This document shows positions 21,118 to 27,762 of a DNA stretch of 27,762 nt, in pieces. Numbering within the stretch: position 1 is the first letter of the stretch; each line of letters begins with the position of its first letter. Source of the DNA: Mesotaenium endlicherianum (lineage: Eukaryota); assembly GCA_009602735.1 (NCBI GenBank), contig WELA01002449.1:183818-211579 (forward strand), read 5' to 3'. Below the pieces are notes generated by a model that was not told where the DNA came from, did not search any database, and was given only the letters and a program-made list of their open reading frames with translations. Position numbers and translations under genes: made by a program.

Positions 21118-21530
21118 AGCCTCATCAGGCCCGCAATATGCTCTTTTCGAGGGCACGCAAGATGCTGTTTTCGGGGGCACGCAAAATGCTGATACCGGGG
21201 GCACGCAAAATGCTACCCACAGGGGCCACGCAATATACCACTTCTTGGGACACGCAAATTGCCGTTTACACCTGAAGGGGGCACGCAAAAATGCTGTTTC
21301 ATGTTGCACGCAATATGCTGTTTCCGAGCGCACAAAGAATGCAGTTTTAGGGGGCACGCGAAATGCTGCTACCGCGGGTACGCAATATGCTGCCAACAAG
21401 GACACGCACGATCGTTGCGGTGTTTAAGGGGGGCACGCATGTACAGTTCAGAATACGTTGTTCAAGGGGCCACGCAAAGTACCATCTCTTAGGGCACGCA
21501 AATTGCACTTACATGTTGGACGCAAATCTG
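21118..21530 (+). repeat. Degenerate ~24-bp GGCACGCAAAATGCT array, right part
   Basis: About 15 variants, e.g. near 21148, 21173, 21197, 21277 and 21350, in the same orientation as the left part. Confidence 0.9.
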
Positions 21531-21894
21531 CACTCATGCTAACAGCTGTACTCGTTGAGGAGGGAACCGATAATTATGAAGAGACCACTATACTATACAC
21601 CCCAACAGCAATGGCTACAACAGTGAAACGAAGCAGCATCTTACAAATTTTGACTGAAGAAAAGTAAATAATTTGTACTACTGTGCCCATGTATTTGAGC
21701 ACTGGAGGATGTGCACGACCTGATTTGTGCATGTGATCTGCAAGATGTGTCATAACGTGAGGACGGTGAGAAATATAAGGGAAGACGCTGGGGGGGGGAC
21801 AGGGTACCTCAACATGAACAACATGCCTACCTTCACTGAGGTTGTTCATAGAACACAAAATGTTTGACCATAAATAAAAAAGAAGATACAAATA

Positions 21895-21988
21895 ATGACG
21901 TACCTCCCAGCTTCGATCGTCAGCACGCTGTTGCTCTGTGCACTCCTTACGACTTGCGCCCTGTCAGCATCAAGGTCTCTGTATGATG
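21895..21988 (+). CDS. DnaJ + thioredoxin-like ER co-chaperone (DNAJC16-like), exon 1 with signal peptide
   Basis: Encodes MTYLPASIVSTLLLCALLTTCALSASRSLYD, then G|gtatgt. The phase-1 join gives LYDVLEV, the start of a J domain. Confidence 0.82.
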
Positions 21989-22397
21989 GTATGTCTGCAC
22001 CGAAAGAGTTCAGAGCCATAAGACTGTGCCTCTTATCTTGCTCGTAACACGTACCTCTTGTTCCTCCATTGTCCTTTCACTCCCTGGCGAGCATGTGCGT
22101 GCATCCTCGTCCTTGTTGAACCCCTCTCATGCTTGAAGTTCTTGCTGAACTGTCATCATTTTGTTCCGCTGTTACTCCGCGGAAGCTCTGCTGCTGTCCA
22201 TCTCCTTCAGGCCGTCAGCCATCCCAGCCGATCTCGAAGCAAAGAGCCTCCTTAATGCATTTAGGGTCTAGGTTGTGTGACTTAGAGCCTCTCCAAAATT
22301 GTTCATGCCGGCCTGTCCTGGATCAAGCCAATCAAGCCCCTTGATCGATTTCGCTGCTTCTTAGAGAGAGAATAAAAGCAGGTGCAATTGCAGTCAC

Positions 22398-22570
22398 AGT
22401 GCGAACACCCTGCAGGATCGGATCCTCTCGCCTGAAGCAAAAGAACTCCAAAACCCAAAGCGTGTAGTGTGAACACCCCCTGCAGGATCGAGTCCACCCA
22501 CCTGAACGAAAAAGAAAACCCAAAAAGCCCTCATTGTAGTGTGAACACCCTGCAGAATCAAGAACCTCCC
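22398..22570. repeat. ~70-bp degenerate tandem repeat (about 2.5 copies) in DnaJ intron 1
   Basis: agtg.gaacaccc(cc)tgcag.atc at 22398, 22466 and 22538, with similar intervening sequence. Confidence 0.85.
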
Positions 22571-22841
22571 TCCCACATCACAGCTTTGACATCAAGTAAC
22601 GCTTGATGCAAGAATGTGATATACTTCAGGAGAGACTGGTCGTCTCCCTCCAGCCCTCTTGCGTGTTCAAGCTGCAGATAAGGGGCTGCCTGGCTGTGGG
22701 ACCCTCCTTCCATCTCCACAACCTCCAACACCCGTACATCATGCCGGATAGCAACAACAAAGAGGTGAGAGTGTGTGGATTGTCCTCTCGGCCTAGAGTG
22801 ACGCCCCCTCCCTCCCTCCCTCCCTCCCTCCCCGCATGCAG

Positions 22842-22911
22842 TGCTGGAGGTGGAGGCCCATGCCTCTGAGGAGGACATTCGGAGGGCACACAAGCGCCTC
22901 GCTGTCAAGTG
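22842..22911 (+). CDS. DNAJC16-like exon 2 (J domain)
   Basis: Encodes (V)LEVEAHASEEDIRRAHKRLAVK(W); ag and gt boundaries. Confidence 0.92.
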
Positions 22912-23932
22912 GTACGCCCAGCTCACTGCAGCGACGCCGCACCCCCTGTCATTCACCCCAGACCCTAAGTCAAACCCTAAAGCCAAACCCTAGAGCCAAA
23001 CTCTACAGCCAAATCCTAAAGTCAAGCCCTACAGCCAGTACCCATTGCCCACTATTCTAAACCCTGGGGCGGCAGCTGAGGCTACGTTGCACCCCACTTG
23101 TTGAGCTGAATTTCCAAAACCTGAACTTTCAGCTCTTGATTGTAAGCCCTGAACCTGAAGCCCTCACGGGGCTCTCAAGCTCTACTGTGCGCTATGCACC
23201 AGATATGCCCTCATCGACATTCAGGCTGCCTGCATCTGGCGAAGCGGAGCAGCTCAGCTGCAGAGCAGGTCCTTACCGACGCAGGCCCCAGACTACATGC
23301 AGCCCAGGTTGTGCGGCACCCTCCGTTCGTCTCTAGAAAGAGTCAGAGCATTCGAAAAAGTGATACATCATCTTCTAGTGAGCTGTCCTTGTCGCACTCG
23401 TTTCCCTCATGCCAGCTCCAATCAGCGGCCCACAATGGCGAGCCCACGGCACCCTCCCGAATGAGAGAGTGAGTGAGGGGGTCCCCAGAGTGAGTGCTCA
23501 GGCTTCTGGCATGCACGCGATTGTGGCGCCAGCTTGCATGCTTTCTGGCTTCACTTGATGTCTTGACGGGAGCGGTGCAAGTGAGCGTGTGGCTGCTCAG
23601 GCTTCTGGCATGTCCAGGCAACTCTGTTGTGCCAGCTGGCATGCATAATGTGCTTGTGAGAGGAGGGGCTTTTGGGACAGCACTCGTAAGGTTGGAGTGA
23701 CACGAGACCTGCCCAGGAACTGCCCCGTTTCCTCGGTCAGTTCAGGCGGGCATCCAGAAGCTTCTGAATACCTGTGCCTCCCGAAACTCAGAACCTGGAG
23801 GGGAGAGCTTCACAGGCTGCCAAGTGTCCTTTCAAAGCCTGGTAGGGTTCAGATTGAAGGGCTAGCATCTAGCGTTTAAGGTTTTAACAGCTCTCTATTG
23901 CTGGTTCACCTGGGAGACCTTGGGCTGGACAG

Positions 23933-23981
23933 GCACCCAGATAAGAACGCGGCCCCAGAGGCTGAGGAGACCTTCATTCAG
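23933..23981 (+). CDS. DNAJC16-like exon 3 (HPD motif)
   Basis: Encodes (W)HPDKNAAPEAEETFIQ; ag and gt boundaries. Confidence 0.93.
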
Positions 23982-24480
23982 GTGTGCTCCCCCCGCCCGC
24001 CAGAAGTCCGCCCTAAACCCTGACCCTAGACCGTGCCCTCTCACCGCGGCTGCCGCTCCTGGCCAGCGCACAGTTCCTTTGAAACCTCCTCCCATGCATT
24101 GCACCTGGACGTGACCCACACGGTGCATGCACCGCCACTGTCGTCCGCTCGACGTGCCTGACAGCGAGCGCAAGGCCCCCCGCTTCCCCCCTTGCATGCA
24201 CGCCACCTGGCGAGGCGCTGCTTTGCTCGGAAGCAGGCCGTGGCTTATACTATCTATCGAACACAAGGTGGAGCCTGAGCCTGAGCCTGCGCCTGAGCCT
24301 GAACCTTAGCAAACCTGAGCGCCCGCTTGCCTCTTGCGCGCCGGCGATGAGAGCCCGCTTCCTAAAACCCAAGCCCTAAACCTTGGTGCAGAGAGACTTC
24401 CATACAGAGCAACGAGAGGGCCTTGCTCTAGACTCTTTTCAGGGTTCAGCGGAACCTTCAGACCCCGCAGGCTAGTGTGC

Positions 24481-24650
24481 AGACCGAGACCAAGACTGAG
24501 ACTGAGACAGAGACAGAGACTGAGCCACACTGAGATTGACACTGAGACTGACACAAGGACTGAGGCAGAGACTGAGATGAGGGACTTCAACACTGAGACT
24601 GAGACTGAGACTGAGACTGACGCTGAGAAAGAGACTGAGATGAGGGACGA
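24481..24650. repeat. (GAGACT)n degenerate microsatellite, intronic
   Basis: Runs of actgagactgag, directly visible. Confidence 0.9.
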
Positions 24651-24801
24651 ATTCGAGAGGGGGCCCGACTACCATCGGCATCCCTCCCGTGCGCGCGCTC
24701 GCCGGCGCTTAAGATTTAGGGCATGCATCAGTCCACTAAAAACAGGGTGACGAGACACACTGTCCCGACGCGGGTGAGTCGCGCCCGTGCGGCGTCGGCA
24801 G

Positions 24802-24888
24802 GTGCAACATGCGTACGACATTCTGGGCGATGCGAAGCAGCGGCGCCGCTACGACCTCTTCGGCGCGGACGGCATGGACGGCCCGGAG
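24802..24888 (+). CDS. DNAJC16-like exon 4 (end of J domain)
   Basis: Encodes VQHAYDILGDAKQRRRYDLFGADGMDGPE. Confidence 0.94.
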
Positions 24889-24902
24889 GTGCACCCACAC
24901 GT

Positions 24903-24905
<3 letters not shown>

Positions 24906-24996
<91 letters not shown>

Positions 24997-24999
24997 NCC
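24906..24999. repeat. Poly-C tract, intronic; length unreliable
   Basis: About 90 C with an N at 24997. Confidence 0.85.
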
Positions 25000-25718
25000 T
25001 GCCACTGCTGTTGGTCCCGCGTGATGCAGACACCTGGCGCATCCGGCGCCCACCTGTCTTGCAGCATCATCCGCAATCGGGGTCAGAGTCACTCACTCTC
25101 CGTAGCGCGCGTTGCATGAAGTCCGACAGCCTGCAGCGGCCGCGGCGGCGCTTGGAGAAGCCTGGATTGTGGGGAGCCGGCCGTGTGCGTGGGGGCCCCC
25201 ACCCCAGAGACCCCAAATTTGGCCCCAGAGCCGAAAGTTCCTGCTGCTCCTGCTGGCTGGGATGTGAAAAGTTTAGAGGTAAGGGTCAGCGTTTTAGAGT
25301 TATGGCGTCAAGGGCGGAGAGTCTGGCTCTCCTGTTGCGAGCTGGGGACCGTTCGTGCGCGGGGTAGGGTGCGCCACGGCGTGCGGATGGGCCAGGGCGC
25401 GACGTGTGCAGCGGCCAGTGATTGCGTGACAGGTGTCGTCACCTCAGAAACGCCTCCGGCCGGCATCCGGGCCGGGCGCCATCATGCCGCCACGTGGGGA
25501 AACCACACGTGTGGCAGCGTGGCGCCTGCCAGCGTTTTGCCAGCCTGGCACCCAGCCTGGCAGCGCCAGCCTGCCAGCTGCACAGGGTGCCTGGCATGAA
25601 GCCCGCACAATAACGCTGTCCTCATTATTATGACAAAACCGTGTGCATTTTATCGAAAGTCGCTATAGAGAAGCCTTTTTGGGGGGGGGAGGGGGCGGGG
25701 GTTGGACGGTCACTGCAG

Positions 25719-25809
25719 GACTCCTTCAACGACGAGGAAGGGGGGGGTATCTCCCGAAAGGACACCTGGCAAAGAGGCGCTGCGAGCGTCTACAGGCCGC
25801 CTGAGGAAG
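25719..25809 (+). CDS. DNAJC16-like exon 5 (linker)
   Basis: ctgcag|GAC...GAAG|gtgagc. Encodes DSFNDEEGGGISRKDTWQRGAASVYRPPEE and bridges phase 0 to phase 1 as required. Confidence 0.75.
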
Positions 25810-25853
25810 GTGAGCGAAGCTGAACGCTGATCCATTTTTGCGTGCTCTCTCTC

Positions 25854-25904
<51 letters not shown>

Positions 25905-26632
25905 CAGGGGCACAAGCCCTCGTACGACTTCTTCCTACTCTTGGGACGTGCCTTCAAGCTCTCCCAGAGGCGCACAGGGGATCCAGCCCTCCCCTCCGAC
26001 TGCCGCGGCGCTAAGCCCATGGCGTTGAAGATCTACTCCTAGATATATCACAGGTTTGTGGCTTATCTTTTAGCACCCCTGAAGCGGAAGCCTCTGAGCC
26101 CCAGGCCTGACCAGAACCAACTCGAGGTTAGCGTTCACACTTACACTCGAGAGAGCCTTGGATCAGAGAACCTTCCCAGGGGTACTCTAAGTGAAGCGCA
26201 CACACTTCAGGGGCCCCGTTCTGACGCAGGCCGGTGGAGGACCGTTCCGCCACCAGGTGGCACTCGCAACCGTGGGGGCTTTACTGGAGGTGCCCCCACA
26301 GCGTACGTGTATCCGACTCGTGGCGGTCCTCCCTGACCTGCACAGGAACTTGCGGACAGGCAGGCAGCAAGGAAACAGCGAGGGGGCGGGACGTGACGAA
26401 GACGACGATGAGTTGGCACTCTTCAATAAGGCTGCAAAAACTCGGCTCTTCAGCGCGCACGCGCTGCTCTCTGCGTGCAGTGGGCCCACAGCCGCGCCGT
26501 TGTGGGGGGGCAGTGGTGGCGAGAGAGAAGGGCCTAGCCCCTGCGTTTCACCTGAGAGAGCGTGTTGCGCTCACGCTTGCTGCCGTGTGCCTCTCCTGTT
26601 GCTCTCTCTTCTTCTTTTTTGTGGGGGAGCAG

Positions 26633-26721
26633 AGGAGCCGATCCCGTCCAACACAACGACGCTGACGCACGCCAACTTCTTTGACCAGGTGTTCATGAGC
26701 AAGCACGCGTGGCTCATCCAG
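26633..26721 (+). CDS. DNAJC16-like exon 6 (start of thioredoxin-like fold)
   Basis: Encodes (E)EPIPSNTTTLTHANFFDQVFMSKHAWLIQ. Confidence 0.88.
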
Positions 26722-27179
26722 GTGCGTGTGTGTGCACGCGTGCGTGTGTGTGTGTGTGTGTGTGCATGCACGTGGCACAGTCGGTCGCGCTGTGCCTGCG
26801 CTCTCACGCGCGGCTGGCCTTGCTCCGTTTTCTTGGTTGTGTGCGCCTGCTCTTCTTGCTGCTGCTCCAGCTGCTCTTGCTGCTGTTACTGCTCCTGCTG
26901 CTCCTGCTGCTGACCCTGCTGTTCCAACTGCTGCTGTGGCTGCTGGTGGTGCTGCTGCTGCCAATGCTGCTGCTGCCAGCTGCAGCCAAGGAGAGCCTGT
27001 GCTGGCAAGGGGGGAGATTCAGCCTGTGGAAGGGGCACGAAGCAGGGCTGCTTCTTCATTCCTCACGCCCTCTGCCGCCGGACTGACACTCTGGCTGGGT
27101 GGCCTGGGGCGTGCATTGTGTTGGGACATGCGTGCGTGCGGGCGGGCGGGCGGGCGGGCTGGTGGTACGGGGGTGACAG

Positions 27180-27237
27180 GTGTATTCGCTTCGTGACCCC
27201 GCGTCGCGGTCCTTTGCTCCCGTCTGGGAGAGCCTGG
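27180..27237 (+). CDS. DNAJC16-like exon 7
   Basis: Encodes VYSLRDPASRSFAPVWESL, the thioredoxin active-site region without CxxC. Confidence 0.88.
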
Positions 27238-27625
27238 GTACGACCACACAACGCGCGCGCGCACTCTCTTGCCTCTCCCGCGTGGCTTTGTCCTTCCTCC
27301 TCATGCTGCTGCTCCTCCTCCTCCTCCTTGTTCTCTCACTAGTGGTCATTACCCTTTCTCCTGTGTGTGTGTGTGTGTGTGCGCGTGTGTGCGCGCGGCG
27401 TGCGTGCGTGTGGTTTTGTTTGCACGCGTGCACTGCGCTTACGTGTGCGTGTGCTCCCTCTCCAGCAACACCTTGTCAGGAAGTCACGCCCAAGCGCGAC
27501 ACAGGAGTAGCATGCCAGAGAACGTGCGTCCACGCCTGTCTGGTGCTGCTCTGTTTGGCAGGGCAGCTTGACAACTGCCTGCAGCTTGATGGGGTGTGGG
27601 GGGGATGGATGGCTGGGGATTGCAG

Positions 27626-27742
27626 CTGAGAGCCTGGAGGGCGTATTCAGACTGGGCCGCGTCGAGTTTCTGGAGCAGATCGACGTGGCCTCCTGGCTGG
27701 CTGCCGTGAATTGGGCCACCGGCAAGGCCTACTTTCCCGGGG
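27626..27742 (+). CDS. DNAJC16-like exon 8; gene continues beyond the window
   Basis: Encodes (A)ESLEGVFRLGRVEFLEQIDVASWLAAVNWATGKAYFPG(G), then a gt donor. Confidence 0.88.
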
Positions 27743-27762
27743 GTGCGCGCACGCCCCCCCCC

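Noticed and set aside
21118..21530. GGCACGCA array as a CRISPR
   Set aside because: Period is only ~24 bp, repeats are degenerate, spacers are too short, there are no cas genes and the context is eukaryotic.
22398..22570. Three ~25-bp repeats spaced 68-72 bp apart as a mini-CRISPR
   Set aside because: The spacers resemble each other (cctgaa..aaaaga..ccaaaa), so this is a decayed tandem repeat in an intron.
22603..22764. ORF ending at GAG|gtgaga as DnaJ exon 1
   Set aside because: Its phase (0) does not fit exon 2, the phase-compatible frame has a TAG, and there is no signal peptide. 21895-21988 fits instead.
24723..25367. Poly-Pro and poly-Gly ORFs
   Set aside because: Artefacts of the intronic poly-C tract.

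Overview
Eukaryotic genomic DNA, most likely a streptophyte alga or early-diverging plant (inferred from plant-type proteins and GC-rich, microsatellite-filled introns). (1) 953-8719, + strand: the last 11 coding exons of DIS3/RRP44 (RNB and S1 domains), with one GC-AG intron. (2) About 11840-21117: a decayed PAT-like DIRS tyrosine-recombinase retrotransposon with A...BA...B split direct repeats and gag (CCHC), RT, RNase H, DAM-like MT and YR remnants. It sits inside a ~24-bp GGCACGCAAAATGCT array. It carries two nested insertions: a 1262-bp TG...CA element with a 5-bp TSD (probable solo LTR) and a 2182-bp CACATGCA...TGCATGTG element with a 2-bp TSD, whose only long ORF is an orphan zinc-ribbon/coiled-coil gene. 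(3) 21895 to beyond 27742, + strand: the first 8 exons of a signal-peptide + J-domain + thioredoxin-like (DNAJC16-like) gene. Many introns of both genes have C- or AC-rich 5' ends and G- or GT-rich 3' ends with no polypyrimidine tract, suggesting splicing guided by RNA pairing. Most ORFs in the supplied track are microsatellite or shifted-frame artefacts. All calls were made by eye, with no database search.
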